Below the pieces are notes generated by a model. The model saw only the letters and a program-made list of their open reading frames with translations. It made no database searches and had not been told where the DNA came from. 64,000 nt of DNA from positions 121,263-185,262 of IMG/VR virus record IMGVR_UViG_3300032285_001268. One strand, given 5' to 3'. Of the stretch, positions 8,432-19,100 are shown piece after piece. The DNA comes from a virus. The translations under genes were made by a program, and so were the position numbers. How positions within the stretch are numbered: the first letter of the stretch is position 1; each line of letters begins with the position of its first letter.

Positions 8432-9438
8432 AGGCTGTTATAAATCGCTAGTAGCGTGTTCTTATTATACGTGTCTGAATCAATACTTACGATCTGATTG
8501 GACACAATCTGATCAACGCTTTCAAATTTTTGAATATCGATGTTGGTATTGATTTCTACTTCTTTCTTTTCAGCAATGAGCGTAAGTTCTCGTATGTCGT
8601 AGTCTGCAATAAACTTTTCTTTGATAAAACTAGCTTCTTCAAAACTAATATCTATATCTAAACTTACACGTAAATGCTGTTTAGGCAAGATCAAAGTATC
8701 TGCTTCGTCGATTAGTTGGCTCAGTTTAACAGTACGGAATGTGGGCTGATCGGGCCAAGCGTGATAAACAGGCTCACCGCCCCACTCTAAAGTCATCATT
8801 CCGCGCTCGTCATCCCATGCATCTGAGTAGTTGTGCGGAAATGCATTGCCGATATAGATCATGTTTTCGTTGCGCTGGCGCTTATGGAAGTGTCCGCTAA
8901 AGCCCAATTCAAATCCTTTGAATGCATCTACTTGTAGTTCGCCAGTTTCTGGCATTTGCACCATGGCGTTCATAAAGAACTTTGGCAGTTCAAAGTGACC
9001 AAAACAATATTTGCCACCTTTCTTATTAATGCTTTTCCATTCTTCACCAACAAGCCACGGGCAAAGTGTTACATCACCGATCGTTGTAACCTCTGGAATA
9101 ACAGTAATACCGGGGATATACTTACCAAACTCCACAGAATGAATGTCTCGCTTGTCCTTATAGTATAAATCATGATTACCAGGAAAAAAGAAAAACTGAT
9201 CAAACGCTTGACCCAACTTTTCCAAGGCCCTAAGGCTATAGTCCATAGTAGTGATATTAAGACTATTCCGATTGTGGTGCCAATCACCCAAAAATATTCC
9301 AGTATCACAGCCTTCCTCCTTTGCTTTAGCAATATACCAGTCGACAAAGTCTGCACAATCTTGATTGTGTACAGAACTATTGCTCTTTAATCCAAAATGG
9401 ATGTCTGTAAAACATGCGACTTTTTTAAACAAATTCAT
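8428..9438 (-). CDS. Recombination nuclease subunit (T4 gp47 / SbcD / Mre11-like)
   Basis: Metallophosphoesterase motifs DIHFG, GDWHH, GNHD, GHFH; overlaps the gp46 start. Confidence 0.95.
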   Translation of the reverse strand: MNLFKKVACFTDIHFGLKSNSSVHNQDCADFVDWYIAKAKEEGCDTGIFLGDWHHNRNSLNITTMDYSLRALEKLGQAFDQFFFFPGNHDLYYKDKRDIHSVEFGKYIPGITVIPEVTTIGDVTLCPWLVGEEWKSINKKGGKYCFGHFELPKFFMNAMVQMPETGELQVDAFKGFELGFSGHFHKRQRNENMIYIGNAFPHNYSDAWDDERGMMTLEWGGEPVYHAWPDQPTFRTVKLSQLIDEADTLILPKQHLRVSLDIDISFEEASFIKEKFIADYDIRELTLIAEKKEVEINTNIDIQKFESVDQIVSNQIVSIDSDTYNKNTLLAIYNSL

Positions 9439-9441
9439 AAT

Positions 9442-9663
9442 TTACCTTAGTAACAAGTGGATCCATCCACTAACATAAAACAATACAGCGATGCCTGACC
9501 CTACCCACTGCGGTTTATCTTTAGTTAAAATGCCAGCAGTACACCAACCAGCTGCCGCTCCGCAATTAAAAAACGTATTGAGCGGAAATATGTCATAGCT
9601 AGTTAATGCAATACCAATCATAGCAGATGCAGTAGACACCCACTTGAGCGTTTTAATTGACAT
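9442..9663 (-). CDS. Small membrane protein
   Basis: 73 aa with 2-3 hydrophobic segments, tightly packed between gp55 and gp47. Confidence 0.7.
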   Translation of the reverse strand: MSIKTLKWVSTASAMIGIALTSYDIFPLNTFFNCGAAAGWCTAGILTKDKPQWVGSGIAVLFYVSGWIHLLLR

Positions 9664-10499
9664 TATTCGCTAGCTTCCTCACTATTTCCATATCGCTTTA
9701 TAGCGGCTTCGTGCTCGCCTGCGCCAGTACGACTATAACTTGGGTTCATACCGTTCATTTCAAGTATATCGTCTCGTATATTCTGATTACGTTTTTCAGT
9801 ATTGATAACACGCACAAATGAATTAGTAACAGCGGCAGTAAAGTAAGCAAAGGGGTTATCAGATTTTGATTCATCAAATTGTAGTCCTATCTGTGTTAGT
9901 TGCAAGATAGCCATACCCTTCATTTCGTCATTATATGTATAACCTCTCACGTTGCCGCGAGTAGCGTATCGCTCACACAGCTTGATCATCATGCGGGCTA
10001 GAGTGTTTGTAATTTGCCCTGCATCTTTGTCAAAGTGTCCTTTGACTAAATCTCCCTTCCAGTGGCTTTTACCTACACAAACAAGTTCGTCTTCATCGTT
10101 AAATTTCCAGTGTTGGAAAGGTGGAAAATTTACCTTGTCTCTGTGATCAGCTTGACTTTTAGGATTCTTTTTGCGAGTATTGTTTAATGGAATATGATCA
10201 TAAGTCATAATCCTAAACACTACGTCTGTTTTTTGGATTTTTTTATAGTCAACTTCGCACTCAGCTTGTTTGACTTTTTCACCAGCGGCTTTTCTTCGCT
10301 GATATTCTTGATCGCCTTGCCGTTTAGCTCTGGCACGTTTGGCTTCTGCAATACTTCTAATATTGATTTTATCTACACTCGGTAAGATAAGGTCGTATTG
10401 ATGGTATTCTGGGTTTGTAAAACTACAATAAGATGTTTTGGATTTGTGTATCTCCGCTAACATGTCCTTGTTGTTCAAATAGTTAACTTTTGCTGTCAT
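9663..10499 (-). CDS. Late-transcription sigma factor (T4 gp55-like)
   Basis: NYLNNKDMLAEI; RGYTYNDEM...FDESKSDNPFAYFT...NSFVRVINTEKR. Confidence 0.88.
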   Translation of the reverse strand: MTAKVNYLNNKDMLAEIHKSKTSYCSFTNPEYHQYDLILPSVDKINIRSIAEAKRARAKRQGDQEYQRRKAAGEKVKQAECEVDYKKIQKTDVVFRIMTYDHIPLNNTRKKNPKSQADHRDKVNFPPFQHWKFNDEDELVCVGKSHWKGDLVKGHFDKDAGQITNTLARMMIKLCERYATRGNVRGYTYNDEMKGMAILQLTQIGLQFDESKSDNPFAYFTAAVTNSFVRVINTEKRNQNIRDDILEMNGMNPSYSRTGAGEHEAAIKRYGNSEEASE

Positions 10500-10521
10500 T
10501 AATCAGTTCTCCGGATGTTAC

Positions 10522-10550
10522 ATTATAAACTACGTAGTTAATAAAGTCAA
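10522..10550 (-). promoter_or_regulatory. sigma70-type promoter for gp55 (TTGACT-17-TATAAT) with the palindrome AACTACGTAGTT in its spacer
   Basis: -35 at 10545-10550, -10 at 10522-10527, 17-nt spacer, palindrome at 10528-10539. Confidence 0.75.
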
Positions 10551-10557
10551 ATAAATA
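10550..10557 (+). promoter_or_regulatory. Late promoter AATAAATA for the baseplate operon
   Basis: 23 nt upstream of ATG 10581, followed by an AGAGGA ribosome-binding site. Confidence 0.65.
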
Positions 10558-10580
10558 ATATACCAAAAGAGGATTTAAAT

Positions 10581-11597
10581 ATGGGCTTTAGTTTCGCACA
10601 AAATTTACCACAGCAAATTGGCGCCGCGCAGAACGCACTAGCAGCCGGGGTAGGTGCCGTAAATGCCGGTATTAATCTTGCATCACAATTATCAACTGCA
10701 TTTAACGCAACTGATGTAGGTAGTGCTATAAGAGCAGTTAATTTACCCGCCGCAGGCGAAGCAATTGGCGATATAGTCAGTGCTGTTGGTGCGTTTGGTG
10801 GTGATGCAAATGCTAATGATTGGCGAGTTCGACTAAGTTTGCCTAACTGGTCTAGCTTTAAAAAGAGTCCAGTGTTAAATCCTTTGGTAAATGCAGGCGG
10901 TTTAATTTTTCCTTACACTCCTCAAATAACAATAGCTAGTTCGGCAAAATACAATCCGTTACCAACTACCCATACAAACTTTGTATTTCAAGCATATCAA
11001 AATAGTGATCCTGGTACAATTACTATCACTGCACCTATGAACGTTGAAGATCCTACACAGGGATTATATTGGATTGCGGCCGTGCATTATTTACGCAGTC
11101 TAACCAAAATGTTCAGCGGAAATGATGCCAAGGCAGGAAATCCTCCTCCGGTAGTCATGTTGAACGGCTACGGAAATTATGTGTTTAAAAATGTTCCTGT
11201 GGTTTGTACAAATTTTCAAACAACATTAGACGCTACTTGTGATTATATTGGTGTAAACGTTGTTGGCTCAGCCGCAGGACAAGTTGCAGGGGTTGCAGAT
11301 TCGATCGGCGGACTTTCAAGTACTGTTGGTGATTTGTTCGGTAACGGTGGAGATACTGGTATTTCTGGAATTACTAATACTATTACTTCGATCGCAGGCG
11401 GAGTAGGACAAGTAGCAGGACTATTAGGATCGTTCGGCATTGGTGGAACTACTAGCGGCGGAGTAAGCCACGTGCCAACTAAGAGCACATTTACTATTAC
11501 ACTACAACCTATATACAGCAGAACTAGTACAAAGAATTTCAGCCTTGACAGATTTGTCACTGGCGGATATCTAAATAACTCATTCGGGTATATCTAA
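10581..11597 (+). CDS. Baseplate/tail-tube junction protein (tube-fold, gp48/gp54-like)
   Basis: GLIFPYTPQI, HYLRSLTKMF, NPPPVVMLNGYG..VFKNVPVV; first gene of the baseplate operon; Gly-rich inserts. Confidence 0.5.
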   Translation: MGFSFAQNLPQQIGAAQNALAAGVGAVNAGINLASQLSTAFNATDVGSAIRAVNLPAAGEAIGDIVSAVGAFGGDANANDWRVRLSLPNWSSFKKSPVLNPLVNAGGLIFPYTPQITIASSAKYNPLPTTHTNFVFQAYQNSDPGTITITAPMNVEDPTQGLYWIAAVHYLRSLTKMFSGNDAKAGNPPPVVMLNGYGNYVFKNVPVVCTNFQTTLDATCDYIGVNVVGSAAGQVAGVADSIGGLSSTVGDLFGNGGDTGISGITNTITSIAGGVGQVAGLLGSFGIGGTTSGGVSHVPTKSTFTITLQPIYSRTSTKNFSLDRFVTGGYLNNSFGYI

Positions 11598-11899
11598 TGA
11601 CTGCAAATTACAATACAAATAGTCCTTACTACAATACTACAATAACAAATAATTATTTGAGTATACTAAGTATACGACCTGTAAGTGCAGAACCTGACGA
11701 CTTTCTCTATAAAATCGAAAGTCAGTATGCCTACCGCCCAGATCTACTTGCATATGACCTATATGGAGATCCTGGTTTGTGGTGGGTTTTTATACAACGC
11801 AATCTTGATGTATTGCAAGATCCAATTCTAGATTTTTTTCCAGGAACATCGATATATGTTCCAAAGAGTAGTAGCCTAAAAACGGCGTTAGGAATTTAA
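11597..11899 (+). CDS. Baseplate wedge subunit (T4 gp53 / LysM-like)
   Basis: YRPDLLAYDLYGDPGLWWVF...N...DPILDF..G..IYVP. Confidence 0.85.
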   Translation: MTANYNTNSPYYNTTITNNYLSILSIRPVSAEPDDFLYKIESQYAYRPDLLAYDLYGDPGLWWVFIQRNLDVLQDPILDFFPGTSIYVPKSSSLKTALGI

Positions 11900-11900
11900 C

Positions 11901-14201
11901 ATGGCATTAACTGATGCAGTAACTTCTGCAACTGTTGCCACAGGCGCTGTAGCAGGTGCCGCGGCAGCAGTGAGTAATAGCGGGCCAGCATCGGCAATTG
12001 GCAGTATTGCAGGATCACTAAGCAAGGTGCTTGGAACCATTGGCGGATTCTTTTCATCGTCTGGCGGTGTACAGTTACCAATAGCAAATCCTTTATTTAA
12101 ATATGCATCATACGACTATGTTATTACTCTAGTTTGTCTTACAGCGACCGAAGCAACATCTCCTTACGAGAGTTATGTTAAAAACAAAGTATCAGGTCAA
12201 ATAATTGCGGCATCGGCGAATATGAATCCTACCAATAGGGTTAAGACTCCTTATGGTACTTTTGATTTTTATATCAATAATTTAAAAATTAAGAGTGTTA
12301 TGGGATTTATGGACGGAAACTCTACTAGACCAACTGTCTTAACTTTTGATATTATTGAACCTTATAGCTTTGGCATGTTTCCGATAGCCATGCAGGTAGC
12401 GGGTGTTAGGGCAAAGTTTGAAAACTGGAGAGATGCTCCATACCTGCTCAAGATAGAATTTAGAGGGAATACAGAAACCGGTAGCATGGGAATAGTTCCA
12501 AAATCGACTCGATGGATTCCTTTTAAATTTTCTAGATTCAATGCTAAAACTTCAGCCGCCGGTACAGTATATTCTTGCAGAGGATATGTTACTAACGCAG
12601 AAGCACTGTCAGATCAAATTAATAAAGTAAGAACTGATATATCTGCCACAGGTAAAACAATACAAGAAGTATTACAAACTGGAGAACAGAGTGTTCAAAA
12701 AGTTATTAATGACAGTTTACGACAACTTGAAACGGCAAAGCAGGTAGGTAAAGCAGATCAGATTTTAATAATTTTTCCAGTAAACCAATCAACCGGACCA
12801 GCTAGCGGCACTCCTGGTGCAACTGAAACTACTTCCTCAGCTACTACTAATCCACAATCTGGCGCAAATTCTGATCCGGCTACTGCGGCATTAGAAAAAA
12901 TTGGAGTAACAGTTACTGGTGCCGAAGAAAAATTAAACTATCAACAAATTACTGAAGTAAACTGGATAGGAACTACAGAGATGGGGTGGGGTGGAACTAA
13001 GACACCAGATACTCCTATAGGTAAAGATAATGTAGTATATGACAGAGATGGCAAAATCATGCGCAAGGATCTTAATGCGTTTAGTATCACAGACGGGGTA
13101 ATAAAATTCAGTCAAAAGACCAGCATCGTTAATATTATAGATCAGGTAATGTTATCTAGCGAATTTCCTAAACAGGTACTGCCAGCTGAAGCAGTTGACG
13201 AAAAAGGATTTAGAAAATGGTGGTCAGTTGAAACACAAACGTATCCAATTGAAACTACAGCCAATGATAAAAACACTGGAAAAAAACCGTTGCTAATAGT
13301 CTATAGGGTAGTGCCGTACGAAGTCCATGCTAGCCAAGGTGCTCCAGTTAATACTACAACTAAAGGCCTTACTGAACTAAAGAAAACAATAGTTAAAGAA
13401 TATAACTATATCTACACTGGAAAGAATGTTGATATTCTTAAATTTGATATCGATTTTAATGTAGGTTGGTCGACAGTTTTGTTAGCCGGTGGAAGTAATA
13501 GAAGCCAAGACATTGATTTAAATCGTAAGGAATCTGCGCAAGCCGCAGATCCTAAATCTGTACAAGGACCAGTCAATGGTCAGGCAGCAGGAAAACAAGC
13601 CAGCACTATTCCTACACAGCTAAGTTATTCTGCAAACACAACTAAGACTTCGCAGTTAGGTGGCGCCAAGGATGATGCAGTGTCTATAGCCGCAAGACAG
13701 CTAGATGACATACTCAAAAAAGGCTACGACATGATGCGCCTTAATTTAGAAATCATAGGCGACCCTTATTGGATTGGCCATAGTGGTCTTGGTAACTATA
13801 ACGCAGTCCCAACTGAAGTACGAAATTTAAACGCAGATGGTTCAGTAAATCATCAGCGAGGTGAAGTTATTATACAGGTTAATTTTGGAACCCCAACAGA
13901 TATAAATCAATCAACAGGCTTGTATGCAATGACTAAATCTTCTGCAATCGCTCCAGTCGGGGGATTTACTGGACAATATAAAGTTACCATAGTTGAAAGT
14001 AAGTTTGGCGATGGAAAATTTACGCAAACACTTACAGGCTATCGATTAATGAACGGGTCGGAAGCAACAAAACGTCCTGCAAATCTACTCGACTTGTTTA
14101 ATATCAATAAACCGGCCCCACCAGATCCGGCAAGTAGTGTTAGTGATACCCCACCAAAAACTGACACATCGGGAAGTAGCGGAGAACAGGTTACACCATA
14201 A
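11901..14201 (+). CDS. Baseplate hub protein (gp27 / Mu gp44 / VgrG-N-like)
   Basis: LNLEIIGDPYWI and YKVTIVESKFGDGKFTQTL; lies between gp53 and gp5. Confidence 0.6.
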   Translation: MALTDAVTSATVATGAVAGAAAAVSNSGPASAIGSIAGSLSKVLGTIGGFFSSSGGVQLPIANPLFKYASYDYVITLVCLTATEATSPYESYVKNKVSGQIIAASANMNPTNRVKTPYGTFDFYINNLKIKSVMGFMDGNSTRPTVLTFDIIEPYSFGMFPIAMQVAGVRAKFENWRDAPYLLKIEFRGNTETGSMGIVPKSTRWIPFKFSRFNAKTSAAGTVYSCRGYVTNAEALSDQINKVRTDISATGKTIQEVLQTGEQSVQKVINDSLRQLETAKQVGKADQILIIFPVNQSTGPASGTPGATETTSSATTNPQSGANSDPATAALEKIGVTVTGAEEKLNYQQITEVNWIGTTEMGWGGTKTPDTPIGKDNVVYDRDGKIMRKDLNAFSITDGVIKFSQKTSIVNIIDQVMLSSEFPKQVLPAEAVDEKGFRKWWSVETQTYPIETTANDKNTGKKPLLIVYRVVPYEVHASQGAPVNTTTKGLTELKKTIVKEYNYIYTGKNVDILKFDIDFNVGWSTVLLAGGSNRSQDIDLNRKESAQAADPKSVQGPVNGQAAGKQASTIPTQLSYSANTTKTSQLGGAKDDAVSIAARQLDDILKKGYDMMRLNLEIIGDPYWIGHSGLGNYNAVPTEVRNLNADGSVNHQRGEVIIQVNFGTPTDINQSTGLYAMTKSSAIAPVGGFTGQYKVTIVESKFGDGKFTQTLTGYRLMNGSEATKRPANLLDLFNINKPAPPDPASSVSDTPPKTDTSGSSGEQVTP

Positions 14202-15694
14202 TGTCAGATCAAGATCAAGTTCACAATATTCCTTATTCACCGCAAGACGGGCAAGCAAGCTCGATGTCTTCGTCTGGTCCTTTTTTGGCCACAGTTGTTA
14301 GTCACTTAGATAATACCTACATGGGGCGCCTTCAAGTAGAAATTAAACGCACATCGAGCGGTGATAAATCATCTGGTCAAATACATCCAGTCAGTTACAT
14401 GAGTCCTTTTTACGGAGTTACTGGTGCTAACCATCTGACAGATACCGATGACTACAACAATACACAAAAAAGTTACGGCATGTGGATGGTGCCACCTGAT
14501 CCTGGAACTACTGTCGTGGTATTCTTTATTGATGGCGATCCAAAGCGGGGTTATTGGATGGGGTGTGTTGCTGACACTAATATGAATTTTATGGTACCAG
14601 GTCTTGCCGCTCAGACTAAAGTAGTGGGACAGTCCGATGGTCTAAAGAGACCAACTGCTGAGTACAACAAAAAAGTTACAGCATCAACTGGCGATCCCGA
14701 ACAAATCCCTAAAGCCGCACATCCGTTTACAGATGTATTAGAAACTCAAGGATTGCTAGCTGATGATATTAGAGGAATTACTACTAGTAGTGCAAGACGC
14801 GAAACACCAAGTATGGTGTTTGGTATCAGCACACCGGGTCCTTTAGACAAACGCTCTGGATCAAAGACTGGTAAAATAGGCAAAGCCGAATGGGAAATTC
14901 CCGATGCCCCTGTGAGTAGATTAGGTGGCACTACGTTTGTAATGGATGATGGCGACGACAACTATCTAAGAAAGACCAAGGCCAGTGCAGGTCCTCCTGA
15001 TTATGCCGCAGTATCTCAACAAGATCAGGGCGGCAATCCTACAATACCACACAATGAATTATTTAGAATCCGTACAAGAACCGGACACCAGATACTTTTA
15101 CATAATAGCGAAGATTTAATTTACATCGGTAATGCCAGCGGAACGACCTGGATTGAATTAACCAGCAACGGTAAGATAGATGTATATGCTAAAGACAGTA
15201 TTAGTTTTCATACTGATGCAGATTTTAATTTTCATGCAGGGCGAGATGTAAACATCGAAGCAGGTAGAAATTTTAATGTTAAGGCCGCTGGCAAAGCACA
15301 TGTTGAGTCTGGTGCTAATTTAGAAATTATTGTTGGCGCTAATGGATTTATCACGACTACTGGAAATTTAAATCTTAAAACTACTGGAAATCATTTAGAG
15401 ACAGCCGCCAAAATTTATATGAATAGTTCAACAGCCGCTACAGCCGCAGTTAAATTATCAACACATGTAAATCAAACAGATGTAGGCAATATTACCAGCA
15501 TTATGAAACGTATACCGTCTCATGAACCGTATCCACATCATGAAAATTTAGATCCTACTAAATTTGTTCCAGCACAAACTGACAGAGATGTTGGCGGAAA
15601 TATAGCACAACCTACTTACTACAGTAAAAAAGCCGCGCCTAAGTATACACAAAAACCAGATACGTTCTTAAAAATTGGACCAGCGGGGGGATAA
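14201..15694 (+). CDS. Central spike protein (gp5 / VgrG OB-fold plus beta-helix)
   Basis: MGRLQV, SYGMWMVPPDPGTTVVVFF..GD...GYW, IRTRTGHQILLH, repeated beta-helix strands, C-terminal HEPYPHHE. Confidence 0.85.
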   Translation: MSDQDQVHNIPYSPQDGQASSMSSSGPFLATVVSHLDNTYMGRLQVEIKRTSSGDKSSGQIHPVSYMSPFYGVTGANHLTDTDDYNNTQKSYGMWMVPPDPGTTVVVFFIDGDPKRGYWMGCVADTNMNFMVPGLAAQTKVVGQSDGLKRPTAEYNKKVTASTGDPEQIPKAAHPFTDVLETQGLLADDIRGITTSSARRETPSMVFGISTPGPLDKRSGSKTGKIGKAEWEIPDAPVSRLGGTTFVMDDGDDNYLRKTKASAGPPDYAAVSQQDQGGNPTIPHNELFRIRTRTGHQILLHNSEDLIYIGNASGTTWIELTSNGKIDVYAKDSISFHTDADFNFHAGRDVNIEAGRNFNVKAAGKAHVESGANLEIIVGANGFITTTGNLNLKTTGNHLETAAKIYMNSSTAATAAVKLSTHVNQTDVGNITSIMKRIPSHEPYPHHENLDPTKFVPAQTDRDVGGNIAQPTYYSKKAAPKYTQKPDTFLKIGPAGG

Positions 15695-15697
15695 TAT

Positions 15698-16141
15698 ATG
15701 AAAGCTACACCTAAACTTTATCAAACAATTTCAATACCGGCAGTGACTAAGCCTGACGCAGTGGCTCCTCAAATGTATAGAGGATTTAGCACAGTAAGTA
15801 CGTCAACTGAAAACTATGCGCTGTACGACTTTGAATTAATTAAGCAAGACCTATTGAATAATTTTTATGTTCGCCAGGGCGAAAGACTAATGAATCCTAC
15901 ATTTGGTTGTATTATATGGGATCTGTTATTTGAACCGTTAACTGAGCAAGTTAAGGATTTAATCCTGCAAAACGTCAATCAAATTGTTAATTTTGATCCC
16001 CGTGTGCAGGCCAGCGATGTGATATTGACCAGCTACGACCAGGGAATACAAGTTCAACTTATATTAAAATACATACCCTACAACATACAACAAAGTTTAC
16101 AATTAAGATTTGATCAAGCTAACGGGTTATTAATTGCTTAA
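15698..16141 (+). CDS. Baseplate wedge subunit (T4 gp25-like)
   Basis: LIKQDLLNNFYVRQGERLMNPTFGCIIWDLLFEPL...DPRV. Confidence 0.9.
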   Translation: MKATPKLYQTISIPAVTKPDAVAPQMYRGFSTVSTSTENYALYDFELIKQDLLNNFYVRQGERLMNPTFGCIIWDLLFEPLTEQVKDLILQNVNQIVNFDPRVQASDVILTSYDQGIQVQLILKYIPYNIQQSLQLRFDQANGLLIA

Positions 16142-16165
16142 TAAACTACGCATAAAATGATTTCA

Positions 16166-16173
16166 AATAAATA
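16166..16173 (+). promoter_or_regulatory. Late promoter AATAAATA
   Basis: 18 nt upstream of the likely ATG at 16192. Confidence 0.6.
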
Positions 16174-16191
16174 TTGTTATTAGGATCTAGA

Positions 16192-19100
16192 ATGAGCTCA
16201 ACTGATAGACAAAACAACCTGCTAGTAACGCAGGACTGGAAAAAGATATACCAATCGTTTAAAAACGCTGACTTCACCAGCTACGACTTTGACAATATTC
16301 GTAGAACTATGATCCAGTATCTCAGGACTAATTTTCCTGAAGATTTTAATGACTATATTGAAAGCTCAGAATACCTTGCATTAATTGACCTAGTAGCATA
16401 TCTATCTCAAAGCATAGCCTTCCGTGTGGATTTAAATGCTCGTGAAAACTTTTTAGAATTAGCAGAACGTAGAGATAGCATACTAAGACTTAGTCGTATG
16501 CTGGGATATACTGCCAAGCGTAATATTGCGTCAAGCGGACTACTAAAATTTAACAATGTTTCTACAACAGAGACCATTATTGATAGCAACGGTAGAAACT
16601 TAGCCAATCAAACAATAACTTGGAACGATCCTAGTAACTCAAATTGGTATGATCAATTTATTAAGATAATAAATGCATCATTGCCCAGCTCTCAGCAGTT
16701 TGGAAGTCCGATAGCAAGTAGTACAATCTACGGAGTTCCAACAGAACAATATCGAATAAACGCACTCAGTACAGGCGGTGTTCCTGTTTACAGTTTTAGT
16801 AAAACTGTTGCCGGCGTTACAATGAACTTTGAAATAACCAGTACAACATTTGCTGGTAAAGAATACATCTACGAAGAGCCACCAAAGATCGGTAATGCTC
16901 CGGCGTTTGTATATAGAGATGATGGTCATGGAAATGGTAGTGCAGGCACGGGCTTCTTCCTTAATTTCACACAGGGAATTTTAAATCAAGGATCGTTCAC
17001 TATTTCTCAACCTTCAGCAAATGAATCAGTAGATGTTGCAGTTCAAAATATTAACAACACTGACGTCTGGTTATATCAGTTAGATGCTTCAAATGCTGAA
17101 TCGACACTGTGGACTAAAGTTTCAGACTTGTCTAGTAACAATATTATCTATAACAGTATTAGTAAAGATATTAAAAATATCTACAAAGTTGTTACACGAG
17201 CCGGCGACGCAGTAACTTTAGAGTTCAGCGACGGAACTTTTGGCAATTTGCCACTAGGCGATTTTAGAGTATACTATAGATTAAGCAATGGTTTATCTTA
17301 TTCTATTAATCCTGCTGATATTAAAAATGTTACTATTGTTATACCTTATACATCTATTAGAGGTTCAACAGAATCTTTAACTTTAAGTTTAGGACTAGCC
17401 ACTAGTGTAAACAACGCAGAAATTGCAGAAACAAACGCAACTATAAAAACAAACGCACCGCAAACATACTATACACAAAATCGTATGATAACTGCGGAAG
17501 ATTATAATATTAGTCCGCTGTCTGTAACACAGGAAGTTGCTAAAATAAAATCAATAAACAGATCTAGTTCTGGAATCAGCAGATATTTTGATCTAACTGA
17601 TCCTACTGGCAAGTATTCTTCGACAAATTTATTTGCAGACGATGGAATCTTATACCAAGACACTTATAATTCGTCAACAAGATTTTCTTATAACTCTAGA
17701 GTAGACATTGAAGGAGTTATTGATAATACTATTGTTCAATTATTATCCGATCCTAATTTAAGAAACTTCTACTATGCTAATTTTATTAACTTTTTAGCAT
17801 CAAGTTTATCTATAGCATGGTATCAAAAAACTTCTGACACTGGTAGCTCAACAGGCTATGTTGGAGATAGTTCTGATGCTAGACCCTATCAAGTCGGAAC
17901 CTATACGTATACTGATTTAAAATATTTTACTGTAGGCAGTCTGGTAAAGTTTGAAGCACCATTCACCGTAGTCAATGGACAAAAAGTATATTCTAAATAT
18001 TTTGATACTAAAAATAACAACAAGCTAGTGTCAGGAACCGCAACTGTATCAGGTGCAAGCGTGTACGTGTGGGCAGAAGTTGTATCAGTTACTGGTGACG
18101 GAACTAATAACGGTACCGGAGTACTAACTACAGGATTTGGTCCGATTTTATTAAATCAGTCAATTCCGTCTGGAGCATTGCTATCACAAGTTATTCCGAA
18201 ACTATCATTGGTATTAACCAGTTCTGTTAAAACTACAATGATAGACTTAATATTTGCTAATAAACCGTTTGGCCTACGATACGATGGCGCAACACAAACC
18301 TGGCAAATTGTATTTGAATCAAATCTTAATACAACGCTGCCTTTTAGTCTCAACAAGCAAGGCGATGCCACCAATGCTCAGCAGGACGCCAGTTGGTTCC
18401 TATTGTTTACTACTGACAACGAATTTTATACAGTAACAACTCGATTACTAAGATATATTTTTGAAAGTGATCAACAAGCTCGTTTTTACTTTGACAACAA
18501 CAACAAGATTTATGATACTACAGTAAGCACTACTATTAGAGATACAATAAACATTCTAAACATCAATAAACAACCTGATGCTACTTCATCGTTTAATAAC
18601 GATTTATTGTGGGATGTCATTGCTGAATTTAACGGATTAGATGGATACGTTGACAACAAAAAAATATTGATCAGTTTTAAAGATACCGACAATAATGGAG
18701 TTGTAGATAATCCTCAACTGTTTTTGGACATCGTTGCACCACAGACTAATTCAACAGTCAAATATATTGTTCAACAAAGATATTTAATTTCAGTCGGACA
18801 AGAAGATTACAAATACATTGATAACTCTTCTAATACTGTGCTGATTAAAACAACACAAAGTAGTGTTCTAGCATCAGAAAAAGTCAACGGACAATATTTT
18901 TATTTTATTGATTCTGACACTGTGAAGAAATATGATTCAGTAACTGGATCATTTATTTCTAGTCTAGATTACAAAGTATATGTTGGTCGAGATAACTTGA
19001 AGTTTCAATACACACATGCGGCCGATTATAATTCAAGAATTGATCCTGGATCAACAAACATCATTGATGTATATGTTTTAACTAAAGCATACGATACAAA

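Noticed and set aside
16174-16191. ORF-track upstream starts (16174, 34162, 58721, 59470, 60913, 63013)
   Set aside because: Downstream ATGs have better RBS or avoid overlapping the previous gene or promoter, so starts were reassigned.
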